From Eledone cirrhosa (lineage: Eukaryota), in contig OZ024766.1 in NCBI GenBank assembly GCA_964016885.1, positions 15,872,001 to 15,936,000 of the forward strand: a stretch of 64,000 bases of DNA, given 5' to 3'. How positions within the stretch are numbered: position 1 is the first letter of the stretch; each line of letters begins with the position of its first letter. The translations under genes were made by a program, and so were the position numbers. The notes below the pieces were generated by a model. That model had not been told where the DNA came from, did not search any database, and saw only the letters and a program-made list of their open reading frames with translations. Of this stretch, positions 1-10,906 are shown piece after piece.

Positions 1-46
1 TGTCTGTTGTCTACTCTTGTCTTTCTCTGTATTTATATATATATAC

Positions 47-240
47 ACAAAATTAAAATAAATTAAAATAAAATTAATCTAAATCAAATTATGGGTGTCA
101 TGCCAGAAAGACATGTGACATATCACCCGTAAAATAAGCTCCATGGAGCTTATTTTACGGGTGATATGGCGCATGTCTTTCTGGAATGACACCCATAATT
201 TGATATAGATTAATTTTATTTTAATTTATCTTAATTTTGG
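47..240. mobile_element. 194-bp fully palindromic MITE-like element A in a TA tract
   Basis: Two ~97-bp arms are reverse complements centred on AGCTCCATGGAGCT (centre 143/144), flanked by (TA)n. Confidence 0.8.
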
Positions 241-1501
241 ATATATATATATAAATACGGCCCCTTAATTGTAGAGATAACTCTGTTGAAAGGACGTGAC
301 TGCTGTTTCTAGTTGTCAATAACCCTATTCACGCAACTGGGACGAAGCTGGTATGATGTGTGTATTTTTAGTAGATACAGCACGTGTTACTGGTCAGTCG
401 CTGATTTGAACTTGATGCGTAAACACAGATGGTTGGACTTCTTCCTTGTTGAGAATCCAAGATCTGGCTACTGTCGTTTACCAATCGATTAATTGGTGAA
501 ATATATTTCTTTAATGGAATATATACAAGGAAGATTAATCATTTTCTAAGGTATCTATTTTTGAAGTTCTAGTTAAATTTATTTAGTTACCTACCTAGCT
601 ATGTCTGCTTACACACTTTTACAAATTATCCCCTGTGATTGTTTCATATGTTTATTTATATGTCAATCAATTTCTAGTTGATATATATATATATATATAT
701 ATATACGTGGAAAAGTAAAATATAGCAGAACAGACCGTTAAAAGATGTTTATTTAAAATAGCACCTATGTAATTTTCACCTGGATGGGCTTCTCAAGGGT
801 ATAAATAACTAAAAAGTGTTCTTTACATGGCCCAGAATGTGTTTTTAGAGATTAGTTCACGTCAGAGTTCATTCTTTGCAAAAAAGCGTGTTTTGATGTT
901 GCAGTAGGTCAAGGGAGGTAACTCTAGCTGGTGTTAGGGCAGTCTTTCCCAGAAAATGTTTTTCTCTGTTAAAAGATATGGTTACAACCCTACCATTGTC
1001 GATACGCACAGGGTCAGGTATGCAACGTTTGTTTGCTGCACCTGCCCGCCTGGGTCATATGAAGCCATGTCTGGGATGCATGGTTAGTTTCCGGATTTTT
1101 TTTGCAGCGCCTGCTATATATATATATATATGAGCGAGACACAGTCACCCGACCTAACTTGCTTCTAAATACGACAAACCCGTCCAACCCATGCTAACAT
1201 GGAAGATAGACAATAATCGATGATGATGATATCTAGGGATTGTAACATTACCACAACAGAAGTCTGACAAGCTTTTAATTCCAGAGTCAGGCTAGATCAA
1301 TACAGATCAAACCTTGAGCTGATCGATAGCAAAACGTGCTTCACTGCTCAATAAATGTAATGAAGACATGACAAATTGTCCTCTCGCTATCTCTCTATAT
1401 ATAGAGAAAAGGTGAAGTTTGAAATAGCACGGAAAATATATTTTAGGGCCTGTTTTTCTGTTATATATCTTTTGATTCGTTAAAGTGACCCTATTGAAAA
1501 A

Positions 1502-1637
1502 ATCATCATTCATCATCATTTCATTTCACGTCCGCTTTTTCCCTGCTTGCAAGGGTGGTACGGGAACTGATTGTGGCTTGATTTCTAAAGATGGATGCCC
1601 TTCCTAATGCCAACCTCATTTACAGTGAGTGCTGGGT
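1502..1637 (-). mobile_element. 3' tail remnant of an RTE-tailed SINE ending in (GAT)n; copies at ~10769-10906, 24399-24537, 33435-33562, 43878-44014 and 52145-52282
   Basis: Reverse complement of the 3' end of the SINE at 23289-23574, and homologous to the RTE 3' UTR at 61742-61935. Confidence 0.8.
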
Positions 1638-2734
1638 GTTGTCATGTTGAATGTTTTTCAAGATGTTGTGGTAGGCATATTTCTGGTCATCCACCAGTCA
1701 AGGTTTATTTTCATCCACAAACTTACGCAACACTTCAATATCATGGTTTGTCTCCTGAAAAACTGATTGTATTACCTCAATTTCTTCTGGCTCTGGCATC
1801 CTGCATTGCTATTCATTGCTGGAATTCAATGGGACAGGTTGCACAGAGGTTGATTGTAAATCCTGGAGGTAGATTCCACATAAATATTGCTATAACATCT
1901 TTGGGCTAGGTGTAGATAGTCGTCTGACATATTGTTTTTGTACTCCTGCCAGGGTAGATGAGATTTATTCCAGATGCTGTGAGTATCGTAGCAAACAACT
2001 GTCTTATTTAACTGGCTACTCCAGTGACTGCTCCTTCTAGTACCTTCTTCCAATGTCAGTTGTCATACAGGTGTCCATGGCTGTCTTATTTAACTGGCTA
2101 CTCCAGTGACTGCTCCTTCTAGTCCCTTCTTCCAATGTCAGTTGTCATACAGGTGTCCATGGCTGTCTTATTTAATTGGCCACTCCAGTGACTGCTCCTT
2201 CTAGTCTCTTCTTCCAATGTCAGTTGTCATACAGGAGTCCATGGCTGTCTTATTTAACTGGCTACTCCAGTGACTGCCCCTTCTTGTCTCTTCTTCCAAT
2301 GTCGATTGCCATGCAGGAGTCGATGTTCTTTAGATGCTTCTTGGTATGTGCTGCACTCTTCCACCAAATCACCTGAGATCCTCAAATGACGTTGGTCCTT
2401 GAACAATAAGCAGATGTGACTGTAAATAAAAACTCTCTCTGTTGTTGGGGTGGTCATTGTAAACATGCCCAATAGCATCACTTGCCTTGACTTCATCACC
2501 TTCCACTAAATGACCCTGCTTCCTTTGATTCCAAGTCTTACAATTGGTCCATGTGTAGTATTTTGGGATGTCAGCATATAGGAGGGATCGAACAAATTCT
2601 TTATTCTGGCAGTGTTTCAAAAAAGCAGTTAGAGTAGTGTCAGGTGGTGCTGGTGTCAACTGATGAGAAGTGGTTTCAGTGAAGTACACACTCTGTCCAT
2701 TTTCTATATGTATAGAGATAAGGATGAAAAGCAA
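1638..2734 (-). mobile_element. Degenerate Helitron Rep/helicase fragment (region just upstream of the Pif1 helicase domain)
   Basis: Translations HIENGQSVYF, PPDTTLTAFLKHCQ, LLYADIPKYYTW, IGHVYNDHPNNRESFYL...VQGPTSFEDLR, TYQEA, WQEYKNNMSDD and ETNHDIEVLRKFVDENKP*LVDDQKYAYHNIL match Helitron RepHel motifs as I recall them. Stops and frameshifts are present. Confidence 0.85.
1999..2303. repeat. 82-bp tandem repeat, ~3.7 copies
   Basis: Unit ctgtcttatttaactggctactccagtgactgctccttctagtctcttcttccaatgtcagttgtcatacaggtgtccatgg. Confidence 0.95.
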
Positions 2735-2744
2735 AGTTAATCTC

Positions 2745-3157
2745 TCAGAGGTTAGCTTTGCCTTTCATCCCTACGGGGTCGATAAAATAAAGTACCAGTA
2801 ATACACTGGGGTAATTGCTGGCCTTGTGCCTAAAGTAGAAACAATTTTTACGGGGTCGATAAAATAAAATACCAGTAATACACTGGAGTAATTGCTGGCC
2901 TTGTGGCTGAAGTAGAAACAGTTATTATGGGGTTGATAAAATAAAGTACCAGTAATTCACTGGTGTTATTTGCTGGCCTTGTGCCTAAAGTAGAAACAGT
3001 TATTACGGGGTTGACAAAATAAACTACCAGTAACACACTGGCGTATTTACTGGCCTTGTGCCCAAAGTAGAAACAGTTATTACCTGGCTGATAAAATATA
3101 GTACCAGTAATACACTAGGGTAATTACTGGCCTTGTGTTAAAAGTAGAAACAATTAT
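2745..3157 (+). repeat. 5'-truncated SINE whose 3' 77 bp is tandemly amplified (5 units); equivalents at ~12000-12550 (7 units), 26870-27048 (2), 35570-35825 (3), 46184-46363 (2) and 54672-54850 (2)
   Basis: Unit acggggtcgataaaataaagtaccagtaatacactggggtaattgctggccttgtgcctaaagtagaaacaattatt, starting at 2773, 2850, 2927, 3005 and 3082. It matches the 3' half of the full SINE at 4454-4630. Confidence 0.9.
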
Positions 3158-3339
3158 CACATTTCTTTTTAATATATCACATCACTATAGAATTAAATAC
3201 GACTGGAAATGTGTGTGAAGGTATTAAATTATGTCAGGGACTTTTAACGTTTGACACCGGTACGAGAGTTGATACATTCGCTAAGACACCGAATACCTGC
3301 TGTCTTCGTTATAACTTTAATTAATCTAATTATATCTTG

Positions 3340-3769
3340 TGTAACAATTATATATATATACACACACACAATTTTAATTCCCCGACATCAGTCTTACACT
3401 GTCATATCTATTCTTACTTTACAATTGTGTCTACTAAGAGTTCCATTACAATCTGTAGTAGTAAAACTACTATTTCACCAGAACATCTGCTATCAGTCAT
3501 TTATAGACAATATATATATTTTAGACCACATATCAACCTAATATATATATATTTCCTATCAAATCTGTAGCTAAAGACATAGAGTCAGCCTCACTACTTC
3601 ATTCTGACAAGATATCAATTTATAACTAAAGATGAAGAAGATACACCAACGTTAATGTCGTGAAATAAAGCTGATAACATTGAAACTTCTAATTTGATAA
3701 CAAAGAGATTATTTCTTTGCTTGTTTAGTAACAACTAACAACACAATACATTGATTATATGTTAAGGAG
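3340..3769 (+). promoter_or_regulatory. Putative core promoter and non-coding exon 1 of ZF gene 1 (TA-rich tract, Inr-like TCAGTC at 3388-3393)
   Basis: A TCAGTC initiator-like motif lies ~30-40 bp downstream of a TA tract and upstream of the conserved splice donor. The motif reads TCTGTC in copy 2. This is inference only. Confidence 0.3.
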
Positions 3770-3904
3770 GTAAGTTGACAAAGATTTACTTAATGTCTAT
3801 ATTAATGTGTGTAAATAATATAATTATTTTAACCCTACAACGATCTAGTAATTAACCAGATTCCACTGTTACATGTGATAGAAAATATATTGTTATCATG
3901 ACTC

Positions 3905-4128
3905 TTTATTATTTAAATTACCTCCGTCTATTTAATTATCTTGTTCACTACCTTACATTATAAAATATAGTTTATATTTATCTGTACCTTGTCATTGCTT
4001 TAAGTAAATTAAAGATATATTTATTATTTAAATTACCTCCGTCTATTTAATTATGTGGTTCACTACCTTACATTATAAAATATAGTTTATATTTAGCTGT
4101 ACCTTGTTATTGCTTTAAGTAAATTAAT
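3905..4128. repeat. 115-bp AT-rich intronic tandem repeat (2 units); equivalents at ~13302-13525 (2), 27792-28355 (5), 36577-37030 (4), 47103-47327 (2) and 55605-57820 (5, split by the CR1 LINE)
   Basis: The marker tacctccgtctatttaattat recurs every 115 bp (3919/4034; 36591/36706/36821/36936). Confidence 0.92.
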
Positions 4129-4374
4129 ATTTTGTCTGTTTTAGTCTAAATCTCTTACAATTTAATTAACTTCATCTACTTATGGTTGAACATTACTTTA
4201 TTGTGGGTTTCATTTAATTGTAATTATGTCTGAGTTAGCCAGCCAAGTAGGGGTTTAGTATCTGTATTTCAGGGAACTGGTTTGATGGTGAAGGGACATC
4301 TGTTGGTGTGGGATCTCGGTGGCTGTACATAATAAGGTTCTAATACTCTAAAGAGCTAGCTGAATAACCGTCTG

Positions 4375-4762
4375 ATACATGTCTTGTATAGAGGATCATA
4401 AAGCCATGTATAGAAGAGCAGTCAGCAATGTCAGGATTTACATTCATAGTGAAGTGGCAGTATCGGTAGGGAGTCGGACACCATGGTTTGAGGCACAGAG
4501 TTACGTCCCTTTATGATCTGGGTTCAAATCCAGCTGAGGTTAACTTTGCCTTACATCCATACGGGGTCGATAAAATAAAGTACCAGTAATGTACTGGGTA
4601 ATTGCTGGCCTTGTGTTTAAAATAGAAACAATTATAGTGAAGAATTTGGAGTGTAGTCTGGTGTCCACCAGGGCTCTGTTCTTAGCCCTCACTTAGTTAT
4701 TATCGTCCTGCAGCCTATAACAGATGTTTAAGACTGGCTGCCCAGGGGAACTCCTGTATGCA
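4375..4762 (+). mobile_element. RTE-type LINE reverse-transcriptase fragment split by a SINE; copies at ~13770-14164, 17700-18095, 28600-28993, 37275-37668, 47570-47961 and 58062-58456
   Basis: With the SINE removed, the consensus of the copies reads IKAMYRRAVSNVRINIHYSEEFGV*SGVHQGSVLSPHLVIIVLQPITEMFKTGCPWELLYA. This contains the QG..LSP motif and stops just before (Y)ADD. Confidence 0.85.
4454..4630 (+). mobile_element. Full-length tRNA-derived SINE (~177 bp) with target-site duplication; copies at 13854-14030, 17785-17961, 28683-28859, 37358-37534, 47651-47827 and 58146-58322
   Basis: Pol III A-box-like TGGCAGTATCGG and B-box GTTCAAATCC. The direct repeat ATTATAGTGAA flanks it (13843-13853 and 14031-14041 in copy 2). 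Confidence 0.85.
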
Positions 4763-5310
4763 CAGCAGGACCTGAAGAATGCGATCATATGCATTTTCAA
4801 GGTCTATAAAACGATAATATATACCTCTTAGCAATACTCCCACGATTTCTCAAAGACCTGCCACAGTGTGAATATTTGGTGGGTTATGTTGCACCCAGGG
4901 AGCAAACAGCACTGTCCATCAGCTGTGACTCGCTACATCACTTTGCCAGAAACTTAGCATATACTTTACCATGGAGTCTTAACAAGGTGATCCCTCTCTA
5001 TTTGGAACAATCTCTTGTGTGTCCCTTTTTATCAATTGGGATTATCACTCCCGATTGCCTTTGCTTGAGTGCCATTTCAGAGACCCAGGCCATCTGACAC
5101 ACATGAGTCGGTCATATTTGAGCTCTTTAATTGCTCTTGTGACCTCAGCCTCCGAGAGATTAGTCACTGCTATCAGATTCACCTCATGTACATCCGAAGA
5201 TGCTGTTGTGATCGGGTTTGGGAGATCAGCAAAGTATTCTCTCCACCTCATGAGGATCCATCTCTCTGAAGAGAAAAGAACCCCAGATACACTCATGGTT
5301 GCAGGTGTGG
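4763..5310 (-). mobile_element. Second RTE-type LINE fragment (pre-RT and RT N-terminal region), antisense; copies at ~14165-14715, 18096-18646, 28994-29545, 37669-38220, 47962-48495 and 58457-58995
   Basis: Translations RWREYFADL, LSEAEVTRAIKELK, WHSGVIISIYKKGDMRDCS, RGITLL, GKVYAK, HQIFTL and FEKSWEY are typical of RTE ORF2. The frame is disrupted. Confidence 0.85.
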
Positions 5311-5485
5311 AGAAAGATTTCTTGTAACTAATTAAAAACTAAAATAATTTGATTTTTCAATAAAAAGTTTCCAGGGTTTATAGATGTAAAATTTCCACTG
5401 TTAAATCTATCTCTGCTTCTTAAGTATTCTCTATTATCTCATACTGTTTCTTTTTCATTTCAGAATATCAGATGACATTGGGATA

Positions 5486-5716
5486 AATTATTATTTTCAA
5501 TCTTGGATACATCACCTCTATTTATCATCATTTGAAGATTAAAACTTTTTAAACGGAGCTTATATAACACTGTTTATATAAATCTATCAGAATTACTGTG
5601 AAAATTATTATTTTCAATCTTGGATACATCACCTTTATTTATCATCATTTGAAGATTAAAACTTTTTAAACAGAACTTATATAACACTGTTTATACAAAT
5701 CTATCAGAATGACTGA
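5486..5716 (+). repeat. 117-bp tandem duplication in the predicted 5' UTR of gene 1; also in gene 6 (~48668-48900)
   Basis: cttggatacatcacc occurs at 5502 and 5619, and at 48685 and 48802. It is single-copy in the other five genes. Confidence 0.9.
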
Positions 5717-5958
5717 TATATTTCCTCAGAACTGAGTTTAAAGACAAAATTTCTTTTCTTCACTGTGTGGTGTATATATGAGAGATATATTTTGTATTTT
5801 AACTCAGCTTCAATGACAAAGAAGTTTGCATCATCTTCAGGTATTAACTGAGATCATAATTGAGGGAAATATAACAGAAATAATATTTTTTAGGAATATA
5901 ATATAAAAAATATTAAAGAATAACATCTGTAAATTCTGCCAAGGGAAGAAGAATTATT

Positions 5959-7824
5959 ATGGAAAATAAATTGAGTGAAAAGAAGATTAAATGTGAAACA
6001 ATGACTAAAGATATGGCTATTACAGAAGAGATGTCAAAGGATAGAGGAGAGAAGCCATATCACTGTGATGTCTGTGGTAAATCATTCTCTGTTAGTAGTA
6101 AATTAACTAGTCACAAACGTATACATACAGTAGAGAAGCCATATCACTGTGATATCTGTGGTAAATCATTCTTTGTTAATGGTAATTTAACAAGCCACAA
6201 ACGTACACATACAGGAGAGAAGCCATACCACTGTGATATCTGTGGTAAATCATTCTCTGAAAGTGGTAACTTAACTAGACACAAACGTATACATACAGTA
6301 GAGAAGCCATATCACTGTGATATCTGTGGTAAATCATTCTTTGTTAATGGTAATTTAACAAGCCACAAACGTACACATACAGGAGAGAAGCCATATCACT
6401 GTGATATCTGTGGTAAATCATTCTTTGTTAATGGTAATTTAACTAGCCACATGCGTATACATACAGGTGAGAAGCCATATCACTGTGATATCTGTGGTAA
6501 ATCATTCTTTGTTAATAGTAAATTAACTAGACACAAACGTACACATACAGGAGAGAAGCCATATCACTGTGATATCTGTGGTAAATCATTCTCTGGAAAT
6601 AGTAATTTAACTAGCCACGTGCGTATACATATAGGTGACAAACCATATCACTGTGATATCTGTGGTAAATCATTCTCTCTAAGTAGTATATTAACTTGTC
6701 ACATCCGTACCCATACAGGTGATAAGCCATATCACTGTGATGTCTGTGGTAAATCATTCTCTCGAAGTGGTACCTTAACTAGCCACAAACGTACCCATAC
6801 AGGAGACAAACCATATCACTGTGATATCTGTGGTAAATCATTCTCTCGAAGTAGTCATTTAACTACACACAAACATATACATACAGGAGAGAAGCCATAT
6901 CACTGTGATATCTGTGGTAAATCATTCTCTTTTAGTAGTAATTTAACTTCTCACATACATACTCATACAGGAGACAAGCCTTATCACTGTGATATCTGTG
7001 GTAAATCATTCTCTGAAAGTGGTAACTTAACTAGTCACAAAAGTATACATACAGGAGAGAAGCCATATAACTGTGATATCTGTGGTAAATCATTCTCTAA
7101 AAGTAGTATATTAACTAACCACATGCTTATACATATAGGTGAGAAACCATATCGCTGTGATATCTGTGGTCAATCATTCTCTCTAAGTAGTATATTAACT
7201 TGTCACATCCGTACCCATACAGGTGACAAGCCATATCACTGTGATATCTGTGGTAAATCATTCTCTGAAAGTGGTAACTTAACTAGACACAGACGTATAC
7301 ATACAGGAGAGAGGCCATATCACTGTGATATCTGTGGTAAATCATTCTCTTTTAGTAGTAACATAAATTCTCACATACGTACTCATACAGGAGAGAAGCC
7401 TTATCACTGTGATATCTGTGGTAAATCATTCTTTAATAATTTTAGTTTAACTAGACACGAACGTACCCATTCAGGAGAGAAGCCATATCACTGTGATATC
7501 TGTGGTAAATCATTCTTTGTTAATAGTAATTTAACTAGACACAAAAGTATACATACAGGAGAGAAGCCATATCACTGTCATATCCGTGGTAAATCATTCT
7601 CTCGAAGAAGTTACTTAACTGAGCACTTACGTACCCATACAGGTGAGAAGCGATATCGCTGTGATATCTGTGGTAAATCATTCTCTCAAAGTAGTCCCTT
7701 AACTCAACACTTACGTATCCATACAGGTGAGAAGCCACATCACTGTGATATCTGTGGTGAATCATTCTCTCAATTAAGTAGTTTAACTAAACACAAATAT
7801 ACCCATACAGGTAAGAAACCATAA
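5959..7824 (+). CDS. C2H2 zinc-finger protein, 621 aa, 21 fingers (finger 19 degenerate: CHIRG, second Cys lost)
   Basis: ORF of 28-aa CxxC-x12-HxxxH repeats with TGEKPY linkers after a 30-aa leader ([15 protein letters not shown]...). Confidence 0.95.
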   Translation: MENKLSEKKIKCETMTKDMAITEEMSKDRGEKPYHCDVCGKSFSVSSKLTSHKRIHTVEKPYHCDICGKSFFVNGNLTSHKRTHTGEKPYHCDICGKSFSESGNLTRHKRIHTVEKPYHCDICGKSFFVNGNLTSHKRTHTGEKPYHCDICGKSFFVNGNLTSHMRIHTGEKPYHCDICGKSFFVNSKLTRHKRTHTGEKPYHCDICGKSFSGNSNLTSHVRIHIGDKPYHCDICGKSFSLSSILTCHIRTHTGDKPYHCDVCGKSFSRSGTLTSHKRTHTGDKPYHCDICGKSFSRSSHLTTHKHIHTGEKPYHCDICGKSFSFSSNLTSHIHTHTGDKPYHCDICGKSFSESGNLTSHKSIHTGEKPYNCDICGKSFSKSSILTNHMLIHIGEKPYRCDICGQSFSLSSILTCHIRTHTGDKPYHCDICGKSFSESGNLTRHRRIHTGERPYHCDICGKSFSFSSNINSHIRTHTGEKPYHCDICGKSFFNNFSLTRHERTHSGEKPYHCDICGKSFFVNSNLTRHKSIHTGEKPYHCHIRGKSFSRRSYLTEHLRTHTGEKRYRCDICGKSFSQSSPLTQHLRIHTGEKPHHCDICGESFSQLSSLTKHKYTHTGKKP

Positions 7825-8440
<616 letters not shown>

Positions 8441-8523
8441 TTAATGGAACACAAACACGATCAGACAAGATAAAAACCATGTCACTCACCGAAAATAGTG
8501 CCACCAATGTTGTTAATGTTTTG

Positions 8524-8529
8524 AATAAA
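8524..8529 (+). terminator. Polyadenylation signal AATAAA; equivalents at 17236, 21843, 31800, 41328, 50307 and 61260
   Basis: AATAAA followed by T/GT-rich sequence, conserved after the dead-finger tail in all seven copies. Confidence 0.55.
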
Positions 8530-8871
8530 ACTTGTTTGTTCTGAAATTATTCTCCTTTCATTTTATTTGTAGAAGTTGTAACCAAGACTTATGCTGACAA
8601 ATCTGTATGGTACAGAATTTACAAACACTATATATATATATATATATATATGTGTGCCAAAACATCTATGATCTCGGTTTACAGCTGATGAAGGGTTTCT
8701 TCTCTCCTTTCATCCATATTACCATCTTAAACTTTGTTTACAGTAACCACACAACTCCTTTCGTTTCTTATGATTTTATATATATATATAACAAAGGAGG
8801 TGTGGTAAAGAACCAGATGGACCATATACGCACCAGAGTACTCAATACTTAGGGTAGTAGAGCGGGTAATA

Positions 8872-8986
8872 GGAAAATGTTTAAACCCGACGGCAGAGCT
8901 CAATCCGTTTCGACGGCTATTTCTGGAAACAGTCCAGAAATAACCGTCGAAATGACTTTAGCTCTGCTGTCGGGGTTAAACATTTT

Positions 8987-8988
<2 letters not shown>
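8872..8988. mobile_element. 117-bp hairpin MITE-like element B with TA flanks; copies at 22185-22301, 32138-32254, 41670-41786, 50647-50763 and 61614-61730
   Basis: GGAAAATGTTTAACCCCGACGGCAGAGCTCAA...TATTTCTGGA-AACAG-TCCAGAAATA...TTGAGCTCTGCCGTCGGGGTTAAACATTTTCC, with ~56-bp arms, a 5-nt loop and TA on both sides (Tc1/mariner-like TSD). Confidence 0.8.
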
Positions 8989-9024
<36 letters not shown>

Positions 9025-9159
9025 AGTGTATATGTCAGTGTGTAGAAAATTCTGTCCATGAAAATGATTATCTTTATTTGTATATATGTATGTGTATGTT
9101 TATATGTGTTCTTATATACATGTGTGCACATCTTGATATATTTTCAGTGTCTGTTCTAG

Positions 9160-9250
9160 TTCTCAGAGTACAAATCCCACTGAGGTAAAGTTGCTTTGAT
9201 ATTTTGAGGCCAATAAATGAAATACCAGTGAAATACTGGGGTGGTTAATT
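9160..9250 (+). mobile_element. Old degenerate copy of the same tRNA-SINE family; also at ~22480, 32420, 41960 and 62605
   Basis: gagtacaaatcccactgaggtaaagttgc...aataaatgaaataccagtgaaatactgggg aligns loosely to the B-box and core of the 4454 SINE. Confidence 0.55.
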
Positions 9251-9311
9251 CCTCTTCTTTGTCATTGTCTGTTGTCTACTCTTGTCTTTCTCTGTATTTA
9301 TATATGTATAC

Positions 9312-9505
9312 ACAAAATTAAAATAAATTAAAATAAAATTAATCTAAATCAAATTATGGGTGTCATGCCAGAAAGACATGTGACATATCACCCGTAAAAT
9401 AAGCTCCATGGAGCTTATTTTACGGGTGATATGGCGCATGTCTTTCTGGCATGACACCCATAATTTGATATAGATTAATTTTATTTTAATTTATCTTAAT
9501 TTTGG
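9312..9505. mobile_element. Palindromic MITE-like element A
   Basis: Copy of 47-240. Confidence 0.8.
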
Positions 9506-10906
9506 ATATATATATATAAATACGGCCCCTTAATTGTAGAGATAACTCTGTTGAAAGGACCTGACTGCTGTTTCTAGTTGTCAATAACCCTATTCACGCA
9601 ACTGGGACGAAGCTGGTATGATGTGTGTATTTTTAGTAGATACAGCACGTGTTACTGGTCAGTCGCTGATTTGAACTTGATGCGTAAACACAGATGGTTG
9701 GACTTCTTCCTTGTTGAGAATCCAAGATCTGGCTACTGTCGTTTACCAATCGATTAATTGGTGAAATATATTTCTTTAATGGAATATATACAAGGAAGAT
9801 TAATCATTTTCTAAGGTATCTATTTTTGAAGTTCTAGTTAAATTTATTTAGTTACCTACCTAGCTATGTCTGCTTACACACTTTTACAAATTATCCCCTG
9901 TGATTGTTTCATATGTTTATTTATATGTCAATCAATTTCTAGTTGATATATATATATATATATATATATACGTGGAAAAGTAAAATATAGCAGAACAGAC
10001 CGTTAAAAGATGTTTATTTAAAATAGCACCTATGTAATTTTCACCTGGATGGGCTTCTCAAGGGTATAAATAACTAAAAAGTGTTCTTTACATGGCCCAG
10101 AATGTGTTTTTAGAGATTAGTTCACGTCAGAGTTCATTCTTTGCAAAAAAGCGTGTTTTGATGTTGCAGTAGGTCAAGGGAGGTAACTCTAGCTGGTGTT
10201 AGGGCAGTCTTTCCCAGAAAATGTTTTTCTCTGTTAAAAGATATGGTTACAACCCTACCATTGTCGATACGCACAGGGTCAGGTATGCAACGTTTGTTTG
10301 CTGCACCTGCCCGCCTGGGTCATATGAAGCCATGTCTGGGATGCATGGTTAGTTTCCGGATTTTTTTTGCAGCGCCTGCTATATATATATATATATATGA
10401 GCGAGACACAGTCACCCGACCTAACTTGCTTCTAAATACGACAAACCCGTCCAACCCATGCTAGCATGGAAGATAGACAATAATCGATGATGATGATATC
10501 TAGGGATTGTAACATTACCACAACAGAAGTCTGACAAGCTTTTAATTCCAGAGTCAAGCTAGATCAATACAGATCAAACCTTGAGCTGATCGATAGCAAA
10601 ACGTGCTTCACTGCTCAATAAATGTAATGAAGACATGACAAATTGTCCTCTCGCTCTCTCTCTATATATAGAGAAAAGGTGAAGTTTGAAATAGCACGGA
10701 AAATATATTTTAGGGCCTGTTTTTCTGTTATATATCTTTTGATTCGTTAAAGTGACCCTATTGAAAAAATCATCATTCATCATCATTTCATTTCACGTCC
10801 GCTTTTTCCCTGCTTGCAAGGGTGGGACGGGAACTGATTCTGGCTTGATTTCTAAAGATGGATGCCCTTCCTAATGCCAACCTCATTTACAGTGAGTGCT
10901 GGGTGC

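Larger units (their letters stand above)
3770..5463 (+). other. Predicted 5' UTR intron of ZF gene 1; equivalents at 13165-14869, 27658-29698, 36440-38373, 46969-48646 and 55464-59147
   Basis: Consensus donor GAG|GTAAGT and a polypyrimidine tract ending TTTCAG| are conserved in all full copies. No transcript evidence is available. Confidence 0.65.

Noticed and set aside
705-1115. GC-richer block between TA tracts (ORFs 10243..10464, 43343..43531, 51462..51827) as a gene or transposase fragment
   Set aside because: No recognisable motif in the frames I read, ORF ends vary with microsatellite length, and most of the block is deleted in one unit.
1595-1909. Recurrent 103-104 aa + strand ORF (MPFL.PTSFTVSAGCC...)
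   Set aside because: It spans a SINE tail and the antisense strand of the Helitron fragment. It recurs only through duplication and is broken by a stop in copy 2.
4454-4540. tRNA gene
   Set aside because: A and B boxes are present, but there is no cloverleaf, and the SINE body, tail and TSD identify it as a SINE.
5019-5327. Recurrent 102-aa + strand ORF (MSLFINWDY...)
   Set aside because: It is the antisense frame of the RTE LINE fragment, starts at GTG, and lies in the predicted intron.
5959-6050. N-terminal leader as a KRAB, SCAN, ZAD or PR/SET effector domain (PRDM9 orthology)
   Set aside because: It is only ~30 aa with no such motif, and no upstream coding exon is evident. The PRDM9 comparison concerns mode of evolution only.
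7535-7765. Antisense ORFs over the ZF arrays (also 8201..8407 and 60264..60494)
   Set aside because: They are shadow frames of the repetitive finger sequence with no independent protein features.
8680-8745. CTGATGA motif as a hammerhead ribozyme core
   Set aside because: I could not find a properly placed GAAA or build stems I-III. At most it is a degenerate remnant; an Infernal search would decide.
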